From IMG/VR virus record IMGVR_UViG_3300033153_003840, positions 1 through 38,638 of that record: a stretch of DNA of 38,638 nt. One strand, 5' to 3'. This document shows, piece after piece, positions 1 through 7,595 of the stretch (position 1 is its first letter; each line of letters starts with the position of its first letter). Both the position numbers and the translations under genes were made by a program. The notes beneath the pieces were generated by a model. That model had not been told where the DNA came from, searched no databases, and was given only the letters and a program-made list of their open reading frames with translations. This DNA comes from a virus.

Positions 1-114
1 CCCGTTTATCTCTATCCCAGATAGCCGTAAACATGGACGATAAGGAGTTTAAGGACTTACTCGGAAAACAGTTGGGTCCGAAGTTAAAGACCGAGGGGTT
101 TGAGGTTGATGCGG
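1..114. repeat. Terminal direct repeat, copy A (identical to 38525..38638); circular-assembly overlap
   Basis: All 114 nt at the window start (cccgtttatc...gttgatgcgg) recur exactly as the last 114 nt of the window. Confidence 0.95.
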
Positions 115-167
115 TTGAAGGTTCCGAAAGTATAGGGTGGTTGGTTATGTTAAGGAGGGAGAGATGA
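3..167 (+). CDS. 3' part of a 58-aa junction-spanning hypothetical ORF (ATG at 38515; MKLTRLSLSQIAVNMDDKEF...LVMLRRER)
   Basis: The frame stays open from ATG 38515 through the repeat to TGA 165-167. It overlaps the upstream stop as ATGA and overlaps the next start at 164. Confidence 0.5.
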   Translation, partial: RLSLSQIAVNMDDKEFKDLLGKQLGPKLKTEGFEVDAVEGSESIGWLVMLRRER

Positions 168-373
168 GTGAGAAACTTGGTGGATTAAGAGATAAGCCGA
201 TACATATTAACGGACATAATTGGTATTACGAGGAAAAGAAGGGCGTCTGTTTTGTCCATGAGACTTACGAGGGGGAGGGGACATCTACAACTTACATACC
301 TTGGAAGAGATTACTTGAAAGCGTAATGCGTAAATATCCGGGATTGAAGATGCATAGGGAGCCGAAGCCATGA
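164..373 (+). CDS. Hypothetical protein, 69 aa (MSEKLGGLRDKPIHINGHNWYYEEKKG...)
   Basis: ATG 164 is preceded by AGGAGG (153-158). The track ORF 137..373 uses an upstream GTG with no RBS. The stop overlaps the next start (ATGA at 370). Confidence 0.6.
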   Translation: MSEKLGGLRDKPIHINGHNWYYEEKKGVCFVHETYEGEGTSTTYIPWKRLLESVMRKYPGLKMHREPKP

Positions 374-651
374 GCGCATTCCCCAAAGAGAACACATACA
401 GCAGCGAGAAGTATAAAGCTTACATTCGTACCCTACCGTGTATAGTCTGTGGGGGGGATGCAGAACCACACCATGAGATAAGTGGGGGAACGGTGAAGGG
501 GCCTGATTTATTTTGTATACCGCTTTGTAGAGAACATCATAACGAAAGGCATAGCATAGGGGTGGCGACATTTTGGAGTTTGCGGCCTAAGAGTAAATGG
601 CAGACAATCGCAGAATGCCTATCAAAGTATATAGCTAATTTAGGAGATTGA
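370..651 (+). CDS. Small HNH-like, DUF968/Ref-like protein (family named from memory)
   Basis: The pattern YIRTLPCIVCGG..EPHHE...GPDLFCIPLCREHHNERHSIG has paired Cys/His blocks, as in phage Ref/DUF968-type HNH proteins. Confidence 0.55.
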   Translation: MSAFPKENTYSSEKYKAYIRTLPCIVCGGDAEPHHEISGGTVKGPDLFCIPLCREHHNERHSIGVATFWSLRPKSKWQTIAECLSKYIANLGD

Positions 652-713
652 CTTTAATATGTGTAAAGGATATACTATGTATGCGTTGAAACTGGATAAA
701 CAAATATATATAA

Positions 714-787
714 GTCTTGAGTGTCCTTGTATTGTGAGATACAGGGCGGTTACCCAGTAACCGACGCAAACACTCAGGGCTTTTTTT
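714..787 (+). terminator. Branched (Y-shaped) intrinsic terminator candidate
   Basis: An outer 11-bp stem GTCTTGAGTGT(714-724)/ACACTCAGGGC(770-780), with G-U pairs, encloses two hairpins: 725-731/740-746 and 747-753/757-763. T7 (781-787) follows directly. Confidence 0.55.
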
Positions 788-802
788 ATTTGGAGTAAAC
801 TG

Positions 803-1459
803 ATGAAGCCATGCATGAAGTGCGGGGGGACAGAAAGAGACAATAGTGGTGAATGCAGACCATGTAAGTCTAAACGCATGGCTAAATGGTATATCGCTAA
901 TCGAGAAAGGAATCTCCTTGTTAGTGCCAGATACCGTATTGCAAATCCAGATAAAGCAAGGGCTAGATTAGCCAAATGGCGTAAAGAAAACCCGGAAAAA
1001 GCAAAGGCCGCCAACAATAGGGACTATGCAAAGAATAAGTGTAAACGAAAAGCCTACGCGGCTAAGTATCGAGCAGAGCATTCAGAGGAACAAAGGATTG
1101 CTAGTGTCAAATATCGAGCGGCAAATCCGGAAAAAACAAGAGCTGCCACAGCTAAGTGGTATGCTGAAAATCCTGAACGTCGTCGTGTTTACGAACGCAA
1201 TCGCCGAGCCCGCAAAAAAGCTATTGGCGGTAAGCTATCAAGTGGATTAGTGAAGGTTCTATTTAAGCGGCAAAAAGGTAAGTGTGTTTGTTGTAAAAAG
1301 TCCCTTGAAGATAATTACCACCTTGACCATATCATGCCTCTTGCGCTTGGAGGTGCAAACGAGGATTGGAATATGCAATTATTGAGAGCAAGTTGTAATT
1401 CTAAAAAACACGCTAAGCATCCAGTAGATTACATGAGAGAGAAAGGATTTTTAATATAG
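803..1459 (+). CDS. HNH endonuclease with N-terminal zinc ribbon and repeated basic helices
   Basis: The C-terminus reads YHLDHIMPLALGGANEDWNMQLL..CNSKKH (HNH). The N-terminus has CMKCGG...CRPC. There are two copies of YR(I/A)ANP(D/E)K..A..AKW..ENPE(K/R). GGAG lies 7 nt upstream of the ATG. Confidence 0.85.
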   Translation: MKPCMKCGGTERDNSGECRPCKSKRMAKWYIANRERNLLVSARYRIANPDKARARLAKWRKENPEKAKAANNRDYAKNKCKRKAYAAKYRAEHSEEQRIASVKYRAANPEKTRAATAKWYAENPERRRVYERNRRARKKAIGGKLSSGLVKVLFKRQKGKCVCCKKSLEDNYHLDHIMPLALGGANEDWNMQLLRASCNSKKHAKHPVDYMREKGFLI

Positions 1460-1514
1460 ATATGCGTAATAGCCGAGACGTTGGCAGGGTATGCAGAATA
1501 TATGGAGGGGGAAA

Positions 1515-1610
1515 ATGTACAATAAGGGAATTGTGATTGTTTTCTGCGTTTCTATTGTAGTCGCCGGTGCTGTATGTACAGCTATTGTCCTTACCAAAAC
1601 GTGCGGATAG
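1515..1610 (+). CDS. Possible 31-aa single-TM micropeptide (MYNKGIVIVFCVSIVVAGAVCTAIVLTKTCG)
   Basis: It is not in the ORF track (under 60 aa). A strong GGAGGGGG lies 5 nt upstream of ATG 1515 and the core is hydrophobic. It sits in the convergent gap between the two arms. Confidence 0.3.
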   Translation: MYNKGIVIVFCVSIVVAGAVCTAIVLTKTCG

Positions 1611-1624
1611 AAGGCACAAAAAGA

Positions 1625-1981
1625 TTAATCTTCCTCAACCGTATAGTATCGTCTCCACACACTACGGCTCGTCCTTACTAACCTATAGAACTGACGGCGT
1701 GAGGGGGGGAGGACAGCTTCGGGTGTCTTAGCTGTGAAGCTCCGCACCCTACCCGGTATTGCGTAAACCATAAGGGATGTGATTCTTCCAGGGTCATGAG
1801 GCCCACCACCCCCCGGAGTCTTAGGCAAGAAGGTGCGCGTTCTGCCCGGTATAGCAAAGACGGTGAGAGAGGTTATGCGCCCCGGATTATGAGGCCCACC
1901 ACCTGCCCCCGGTGTCTTGGGTGAGAAGGTGCGAACCGGCCCCGGAATAGCAAAGACGCTTAGAGAAGTTTTCTGCGCCAT
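1625..1981 (-). CDS. Tandem-repeat protein, 118 aa: three copies of a ~31-32-aa unit (SL.VFAIPG..RTF.PKTPG.GGGPH.PGRIT); last gene of the structural arm
   Basis: AGGTGA lies upstream of ATG 1981. Between repeats 1 and 2, differences are mostly synonymous (CTA/CTC, ATT/ATA, CGC/AGA and others), plus one in-frame 3-nt indel. This supports translation in this frame. Confidence 0.65.
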   Translation of the reverse strand: MAQKTSLSVFAIPGPVRTFSPKTPGAGGGPHNPGRITSLTVFAIPGRTRTFLPKTPGGGGPHDPGRITSLMVYAIPGRVRSFTAKTPEAVLPPSRRQFYRLVRTSRSVWRRYYTVEED

Positions 1982-1992
1982 GAGTCACCTAA

Positions 1993-4155
1993 TCAAGTTA
2001 CAGAAAAAGTATCCCCTACGACCGGGGCAGTCGTCAGAGCTGTGAATCCGAGCTTACTACCCGATACGGTTGTCGCTGTGATGTCGGTTGACTGACCGCG
2101 CAAGGCCGCGGTAGTGGTATCATCCGCGAAAGTTATAATCCTACCGTTAAACTGGTCGGCTATTGAAACAGTTAAATCAGTTGTCATTTCCGTCGTAGAG
2201 AGTGTACCGGAGACCGCCGCGCCATCTTGAATTGTAGCGGCCGCTCTCGCTTGAGAGTCCGTTACGACCTTAATCGCGTCTGCCACTGCATCTACGACAG
2301 CAAGGGCCGCCGCAGTTGCCAGAGCCGCATCCGTTATAGCTGTGTCGCACTCTGTGTTGACCTGAGCCGTAGATATATTGTTAAGAGCGGCTATTAGCCC
2401 CGGAACATCATCGGTCTGCAACTCGTTTGTATCGGTTACGATCAAAGCCGTCTCTGCCTTTATCGCCGCGTTGTCCGCTGATATAGAAGCCCCCGCCGGA
2501 GAGCCGAGCTTCGGTTGCATATCGGCTGTGTCTGTTTCTATTATGGTGATGCTGGAAGTATTATCGTCCTCGGTTATCGTTACGCCGCCAGTGTTTGTTA
2601 CTCTCCAACTACCTCTCTGGTTTACCGCGCCGCTTGAGCTTGCGGCGTAAATTATTTGACCGATACCAGAGATACTGAATAGGTCTGTACCAGTATTGTT
2701 AAGATTTTGTATCTCCGTTCCGTTCTTCCACCCCGGCATAGTTAGGTTCACGTTTGCTATCGCAGCACCAGTATCGAATACGGGGGTACCAGAACCGGCA
2801 ATAGCTGAATATCCTTTATCTAGAAGATAATCTCCGGCCGCACCAAAAGTAACTGTTCCGGTAAACCCACATTCATGGGCATGGAATGGATTTAACGTGC
2901 AAGTCCCTATTAAGCAATCATGGAAATCTACGGTACTTGCTCCGACCCCCGTTCCTGAAACAGAGGAAGCTCCAAAAAAATGAGAACCGGCAATATCCTG
3001 CCCACCAAGAGCGAGAGTCCAGTTGTTACCCTTGAAGACTTGGTTGTTTTGTGCTGCCGCTAATGTAACTGTAGAGCCGGGGGCTACCTGCACGATATTA
3101 AGATTGGTAGCGGCTAGAAGCGTATTCACTGCACCCATCGTTGAAACAGGGTTAGTAGCTGTACCGTCTACCCCTACAACGGTATTTGTGTTTGATGCCG
3201 TAGAATCAAACCATACAGCCCCGCCCTCGTATCCTGAAACCCCCTGATTGAAGGCAACGAATATCTGGTCTACGGCAAGTAAGGCAGAGGTAAGACCAGA
3301 GGCTTTATATAGCCTGACCCTTACTACTCCTGCGTTAGCTCCACTTCCAACCATATCAACGAACATATCAAGAGAGTTGACCGCGTTCGAGGTAGAGCTT
3401 GAACCCTGTATATTACCTATCTGCACCCACCCTGCGGCAACCCAATCGTAACCATATACGTCAAGGTCATCATTTGGCCCTGTTATATAGCCTGACACCT
3501 GTACAGAACTCGGAGTACCAGAACCTATGTTGAACTCATAGTAAAGCTCCATCGCTCCGGTATCATCCGTATGCTCATGCCTTGTACCGTCAAGGGCTTC
3601 TGTAGAGGCGTAGGTATTAGCTGATTGCGTTCCCGTAGTAAGCGTGTACGAAGCCGCAGGTCTATGAACCGCAGAACCTACGTTGGAAAGGCTTGCAAGT
3701 TGAGACTGCTTAGCTGGCGCGCTGTCTTCGGTATAACCTGTGCCGTCGTAGGTGGCTTCGAGATTTTGCGCCGCCGTAGCATCGTCAGATATTTGGGTAA
3801 TATTCGCCTCTACATACCCCGTTCCCAGAGCCGCGAGCATTGCATCGTAAGCGTTGGCCTCCATTACCAAAAACTCCAACTTAGTAGCCAGCGCCCCTGC
3901 TACGTCTATATAGCCCGTCATGGGGCCGTAAACATCGGTGTCCCCCGTACCTAGGGTTACCGTGTATAGCCCTGACGCGCTGTGGGTAGCCCCACTTAGG
4001 CTGTGAGTTGACAACACAAGAGCGTTGGCCTTGTGAAACTTTATAAGTCCCGCTGATATGACAAGTGCTGTTTCATTTGTGATACCGTCAGTCGTATCCA
4101 AAAAGGGGCCGAAGACTACAACCTGACCGCCTGTATTATATTTTAATGGAATCAT
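1993..4155 (-). CDS. Large fibre / receptor-binding-like structural protein, 720 aa
   Basis: The composition is Thr/Gly/Ala/Ser-rich and beta-rich, with long Gly-X runs typical of fibres or spikes. The motif ANITQISDDATAAQNLEATYDGTGY resembles phage fibre proteins. It lies in the distal structural module. Confidence 0.55.
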   Translation of the reverse strand: MIPLKYNTGGQVVVFGPFLDTTDGITNETALVISAGLIKFHKANALVLSTHSLSGATHSASGLYTVTLGTGDTDVYGPMTGYIDVAGALATKLEFLVMEANAYDAMLAALGTGYVEANITQISDDATAAQNLEATYDGTGYTEDSAPAKQSQLASLSNVGSAVHRPAASYTLTTGTQSANTYASTEALDGTRHEHTDDTGAMELYYEFNIGSGTPSSVQVSGYITGPNDDLDVYGYDWVAAGWVQIGNIQGSSSTSNAVNSLDMFVDMVGSGANAGVVRVRLYKASGLTSALLAVDQIFVAFNQGVSGYEGGAVWFDSTASNTNTVVGVDGTATNPVSTMGAVNTLLAATNLNIVQVAPGSTVTLAAAQNNQVFKGNNWTLALGGQDIAGSHFFGASSVSGTGVGASTVDFHDCLIGTCTLNPFHAHECGFTGTVTFGAAGDYLLDKGYSAIAGSGTPVFDTGAAIANVNLTMPGWKNGTEIQNLNNTGTDLFSISGIGQIIYAASSSGAVNQRGSWRVTNTGGVTITEDDNTSSITIIETDTADMQPKLGSPAGASISADNAAIKAETALIVTDTNELQTDDVPGLIAALNNISTAQVNTECDTAITDAALATAAALAVVDAVADAIKVVTDSQARAAATIQDGAAVSGTLSTTEMTTDLTVSIADQFNGRIITFADDTTTAALRGQSTDITATTVSGSKLGFTALTTAPVVGDTFSVT

Positions 4156-4435
4156 TATCGACCCTCCTTTTCAGAATATCAGCTAATCTATTTGAACTAC
4201 ATTGTAAAATATCGGGGGTATCTCTGCACGTTTCTAAGCTGGGGAGTTGTTTCACCGTCGCCAGTAGCTCCCGCAGTTTTCTTTTTATTCTTTTAATATT
4301 AACCTTCTTGGCCTCGGTGAAGTTTTCAACGTAATCGTCTTTAGCAAGAAAAGATACTACCTCGGAAGCCCTGACTATAATAGGCTCTCCATCTTCACGT
4401 CTAAAGATAATAGTTCTTGGCGCGACATCGAACAT
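4136..4435 (-). CDS. Hypothetical protein, 99 aa, basic and helical; possible fibre-associated chaperone
   Basis: It is translationally coupled on both sides: its start overlaps the upstream stop at 4435, and its end overlaps the 720-aa start by 20 nt. It looks AT-richer than its neighbours by eye. Confidence 0.5.
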   Translation of the reverse strand: MFDVAPRTIIFRREDGEPIIVRASEVVSFLAKDDYVENFTEAKKVNIKRIKRKLRELLATVKQLPSLETCRDTPDILQCSSNRLADILKRRVDNDSIKI

Positions 4436-5397
4436 CAGGCCATACCTTGCTGTCTAAGGTGGTGTACTACTACGGGAATTGAGATGCCACCCCCGCCACC
4501 TGTCCCTGCCGACTTCTTAAAGCTCCAAGGATAATACTCTATCGCGCTACCATTGACCTCTGCATGGGTTCCAAGCTCAACGCCGCTTGTTATAAAATCT
4601 TGTATCTTATCAACATCGGCAATGGCGGCTCTCAGTCTGTGCGAATCATCAACGCCGTCAGTAGTTATCTCTTTTGCGATTATGTCGTCGCCACTATCAT
4701 GGTTGATGAATAGAAAATCTGGGGTAAATCCTATCGAATTATACTGTCTGGCAGTCGCGGCGTCTCCTGTGTATTCCCTAAAATCAGCGACGCTGGTTAC
4801 GTTCTTTATAACAACAAAGTTATAAACGTATGTGTCTCTATTAATCTCGTTGGTACTGCCCAACTCAATATTTGCCGCATTGAATGCCTGAATCCAGTTA
4901 GTAGAAACAGAAGCGTAATCAAACCTGCAAGTCTCATCAGCATCGTTAGCCGTACTGGAACATCCAGCGGTGTATGTTACTTCCGCTCCTATCAGACAGG
5001 CATCAGGGGAAAAGCTATTGAATGTGCATAGACCTGTTTGATTATCTAGCGTGTTACCTGTGTACTGGCCTGTCTCAATGTCTCTAGTTACTCCGTCATA
5101 TTGAATTACCACATATAGGTAGTTTGCAGTATTTGTATTTAAAGTCCCATCTACGGTAAACTGAGCAGTTGTGAGACCTGTTATCAGACCAGTAACGTCG
5201 CTTCCCGCCCCCGCCAAGATTTTAGCATAATCGGTATCAAACTTGTCTGTGGTGAAGTATGCCGCTGAATCAGAATCCTCTGCAACTACCATAATGAAAG
5301 TGTCTACGGCACTGCAATCGCCAGAGCAGTTGGTCAGGCTTATATCCTTACCCCCGACTCCCCCGTCACCAGTATATGAACCAGTATCAACTCTCAT
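4435..5397 (-). CDS. Structural protein with three divergent tandem ~100-aa domains, each opening with a YTG(D/N) motif
   Basis: The motifs are GSYTGDG (aa 6), GQYTGNT (aa 110) and REYTGDA...IGFTPDFLFI (aa 208). Each unit ends in a beta-like (I/V)ELG..N....Y.Y segment. A poly-Gly linker and a hydrophobic tail follow. Confidence 0.55.
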   Translation of the reverse strand: MRVDTGSYTGDGGVGGKDISLTNCSGDCSAVDTFIMVVAEDSDSAAYFTTDKFDTDYAKILAGAGSDVTGLITGLTTAQFTVDGTLNTNTANYLYVVIQYDGVTRDIETGQYTGNTLDNQTGLCTFNSFSPDACLIGAEVTYTAGCSSTANDADETCRFDYASVSTNWIQAFNAANIELGSTNEINRDTYVYNFVVIKNVTSVADFREYTGDAATARQYNSIGFTPDFLFINHDSGDDIIAKEITTDGVDDSHRLRAAIADVDKIQDFITSGVELGTHAEVNGSAIEYYPWSFKKSAGTGGGGGISIPVVVHHLRQQGMA

Positions 5398-5792
5398 TAT
5401 GAGTTAATTATCTCTCTTAGCGTAACTCGCCTTGCTTCAAGAGCATCGTATTCATTTTGAAGCTCGGTGACGATAGAAGTAAAGCCTAGCTTAGTTGCCC
5501 CGATAGAGGTTGCTTCCTTCAAGCGGATTGATGCCTCAACCATCGACATCTTAACCCCACGTATTTCTCGCTTTGCCCTTTCCTTTGTGTTCTGAATTAC
5601 CGTAACGCCATCGTAGGCGTCGAATATCTTAACGCTTACCTTGTCTGTTTTTTCGTACTTATGGTAGCCCGCCGCAAGCAAAGCCACGTCATCGCCAACG
5701 GCAACTCCTGCTACTATATAGCCCCGGCTCAACCCGCCTTCGGAGCTGTTCTTGTCTTGTACTACATCGGTACTGTCAGTTATCATCCACAT
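5397..5792 (-). CDS. Hypothetical protein, 131 aa, with a C-terminal coiled-coil-like segment
   Basis: AAGGAGA lies upstream of ATG 5792. The stop overlaps the next start (ATGA at 5397). Confidence 0.55.
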   Translation of the reverse strand: MWMITDSTDVVQDKNSSEGGLSRGYIVAGVAVGDDVALLAAGYHKYEKTDKVSVKIFDAYDGVTVIQNTKERAKREIRGVKMSMVEASIRLKEATSIGATKLGFTSIVTELQNEYDALEARRVTLREIINS

Positions 5793-5838
5793 TTAACTTG
5801 TCTCCTTAAATGCTATACGGACTAACGCCGCCCGCGAT

Positions 5839-6219
5839 CTATTGAAGGTTTGCCGGGGCGGCGACGTCCTTTGGGATTCGAGTGACCGTTTTTATATTGG
5901 AGTCACCGCTACACTTCGGAGCGGTACACGCCCTTGCCACGCAGTCATACGTTCCGGGGCCGCGAGGTAGGTCATCGCTTATTATGTAACTCGTCACAAG
6001 CCCCACGTCGACTGTGACGGGCGAAAAGTCGGGGTCGGTCCCGCAGTTAAGGGTGTAGCGGTCGAGGTCGCCGGGTTCTATGAGGCTCCCGTCCATGTAT
6101 GTAGTTGAAGCGTCCCAGGAGAGCGTGACGGGCTCCCACGGGTCTGCGTATGAGGTTGTGGCCATCGTCGCTATTGTTAGAAAGAATACCGCTAAAAACA
6201 TCAAGATTAACTTCTTCAT
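5839..6219 (-). CDS. Secreted protein with a Sec signal peptide, FN3-like signature and 4 Cys
   Basis: The N-terminus MKKLILMFLAVFFLTIATMATTSYA/DP is a signal peptide with no lipobox Cys. VTLSWDAS...DRYTL is FN3-like. It lies immediately after the holin gene. Confidence 0.65.
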   Translation of the reverse strand: MKKLILMFLAVFFLTIATMATTSYADPWEPVTLSWDASTTYMDGSLIEPGDLDRYTLNCGTDPDFSPVTVDVGLVTSYIISDDLPRGPGTYDCVARACTAPKCSGDSNIKTVTRIPKDVAAPANLQ

Positions 6220-6221
6220 TG

Positions 6222-6740
6222 CTACCTCCTTAACGCTTGAGCTATGGTGTCGTTCTTCTGTGCGGAACCCTTGCTCGAACCCCAGTAGTAGTTGGCTACC
6301 TGAACGACTATCGTTCCAAGTGAGCCGAGCATCACAGTCAATGCTCCGCGTTGCCCCGTGGGTATCTCTATAAACATCAGAGCCACAAGTATCCCGAAGA
6401 AACCTATGAAGCAGAGTATACCAAGCACCGCCGGGGTCTTATCGTTAGCCCCCCTGTTAGATGCCCTCGCGTCCTTGCGATCATCGGCCTCAATCTTAAC
6501 GAGGTCTACGCCCAGCTTCTCCATTTCAAGGGTGAAGTTATTGTCGGCCTCCTTGAGCTTTAGCATCGTCTCAGGAGTTGCCCCTAGTAGGGCCGTTTCA
6601 ATATCCTTCATCGAGCCATCCGGCTTACCAAGAAGCGACGTAGATACTGCTCGAACAGCCATGCCCGCAAGAGGCCCACCTACGGCCGTGGCGATACTAG
6701 GGGCTACTGTTCTTATGATTGATAAGAGTTTGTTCTTCAT
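6222..6740 (-). CDS. Holin, 3-TM GTA-type family (PF11351-like, from memory)
   Basis: A soluble N-terminal part (LKLKEADNNFTLEMEKLG...DDRKDARASNR) is followed by hydrophobic segments (AVLGILCFIGFFGILVALMFI, ALTVMLGSLGTIVVQVANYYW). It lies next to the endolysin. Confidence 0.6.
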   Translation of the reverse strand: MKNKLLSIIRTVAPSIATAVGGPLAGMAVRAVSTSLLGKPDGSMKDIETALLGATPETMLKLKEADNNFTLEMEKLGVDLVKIEADDRKDARASNRGANDKTPAVLGILCFIGFFGILVALMFIEIPTGQRGALTVMLGSLGTIVVQVANYYWGSSKGSAQKNDTIAQALRR

Positions 6741-6892
6741 AGGCTATCCTTGAACGCCTTAATCTTACCCCAAAGGTTTGTGCAGGGCTTTTCTAATATC
6801 CGCTTCCATATCTGTGGGATGAATACATACGCGGCCAAGAGGCCGATACCTGCGCCTATCAATGTTGCGACTGTTCCGTTACATTCGACCAT
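6737..6892 (-). CDS. 51-aa single-TM protein (MVECNGTVATLIGAGIGLLAAYVFIPQIWKRILEK...); lysis accessory candidate (antiholin, pinholin or spanin-like)
   Basis: It is not in the ORF track. GAGGAG lies 8 nt upstream of ATG 6892 and there is an ATGA overlap with the holin start at 6740. It has an N-terminal TM and a basic tail. Confidence 0.5.
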   Translation of the reverse strand: MVECNGTVATLIGAGIGLLAAYVFIPQIWKRILEKPCTNLWGKIKAFKDSL

Positions 6893-6908
6893 TATCCAAA
6901 CTCCTCAG

Positions 6909-7349
6909 TTATAGGTTGAACTTTAAGAGGGCATGGTTGTATGTATCTGCAAAAGTGCTATACACCCCTTCGATATACCCCCAACGTGCCATCGTACCGC
7001 GCGAGTCTATATGGAACCCCGGACTATTCCAGTCAGGGTACAGACCGAGACCTACTCTCGCGTGAACCTGCAACTTTCTCAACGCGCTTATAATAAAATC
7101 CATCTGTACGTCATAACTCAAGGTGGTCTTGAAATGAAAGTCTATGGCGTAACCCTTGTAGTGTTGCGAATTCTTCGAGTGTCCATCGGTGGCGTACCCG
7201 ACGTGAATAATTACCGTAGCAGTAGGGTCAAGCTCGCGGATAGAGAGGCGCAACGCAGAGATAAGTATAAGCACAAACCCGTCCATATCGTCAGGCGTAC
7301 CCCACCCTTCTCGCTCCGTAAAACCCTCTGTGACATCCCATATATTCAC
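6909..7349 (-). CDS. Endolysin, peptidase M15 (zinc D-Ala-D-Ala carboxypeptidase-like) family
   Basis: The metal-ligand motifs SQHYKGYAIDFHF and VGLGLYPDWNSPGFHIDSRG match the H..G.A.D / H.D pattern of M15 cell-wall peptidases. Confidence 0.85.
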   Translation of the reverse strand: MNIWDVTEGFTEREGWGTPDDMDGFVLILISALRLSIRELDPTATVIIHVGYATDGHSKNSQHYKGYAIDFHFKTTLSYDVQMDFIISALRKLQVHARVGLGLYPDWNSPGFHIDSRGTMARWGYIEGVYSTFADTYNHALLKFNL

Positions 7350-7582
7350 TACTGACCTCCGTTGGTAAAGAAAGAGGTGATAAAAGCTATGACCAATCCT
7401 ATGGCAAGAGAGATAGAAGCCGCGACCCCTGCTGTTTTTATCCTCAAGGTTGTGAGAACATCGTTAGTTTTCTTCTGGTCAATCTTTATTTCTTCAACAT
7501 CTTTAACTAGAGCACCCATCTTGCCTTCTATATTGCCAAGTATCCGCATTACATTGTCTGTATTATCACTTGAGGGGGGCAT
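7349..7582 (-). CDS. 77-aa protein with coiled-coil N-terminus and C-terminal TM (AGVAASISLAIGLVIAFITSFF); lysis-cassette membrane protein
   Basis: It lies between the tail fibre and the endolysin. Its stop overlaps the endolysin start at 7349. Confidence 0.5.
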   Translation of the reverse strand: MPPSSDNTDNVMRILGNIEGKMGALVKDVEEIKIDQKKTNDVLTTLRIKTAGVAASISLAIGLVIAFITSFFTNGGQ

Positions 7583-7595
7583 GCAGCTCTCCTTG

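Noticed and set aside
1703-1966. A ~93-96-nt tandem DNA repeat that might be a CRISPR-like or other non-coding array.
   Set aside because: There is no repeat/spacer alternation. Conservation is spread over the whole unit. Substitutions are mostly synonymous in one frame, and the indel is in-frame. It is therefore called as a repeat protein.
1625-4155. A diversity-generating retroelement at the fibre locus, suggested by the BPP-1-like flavour of the portal-adjacent genes.
   Set aside because: No reverse-transcriptase-like ORF exists anywhere in the genome. The 3' end of the 720-aa gene shows no template/variable repeat pair with downstream sequence.
6080-6753. Plus-strand ORFs (97, 70 and 131 aa) opposite the holin and secreted-protein genes.
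   Set aside because: They are shadow ORFs. The minus-strand genes have RBSs, coupling and recognisable features.
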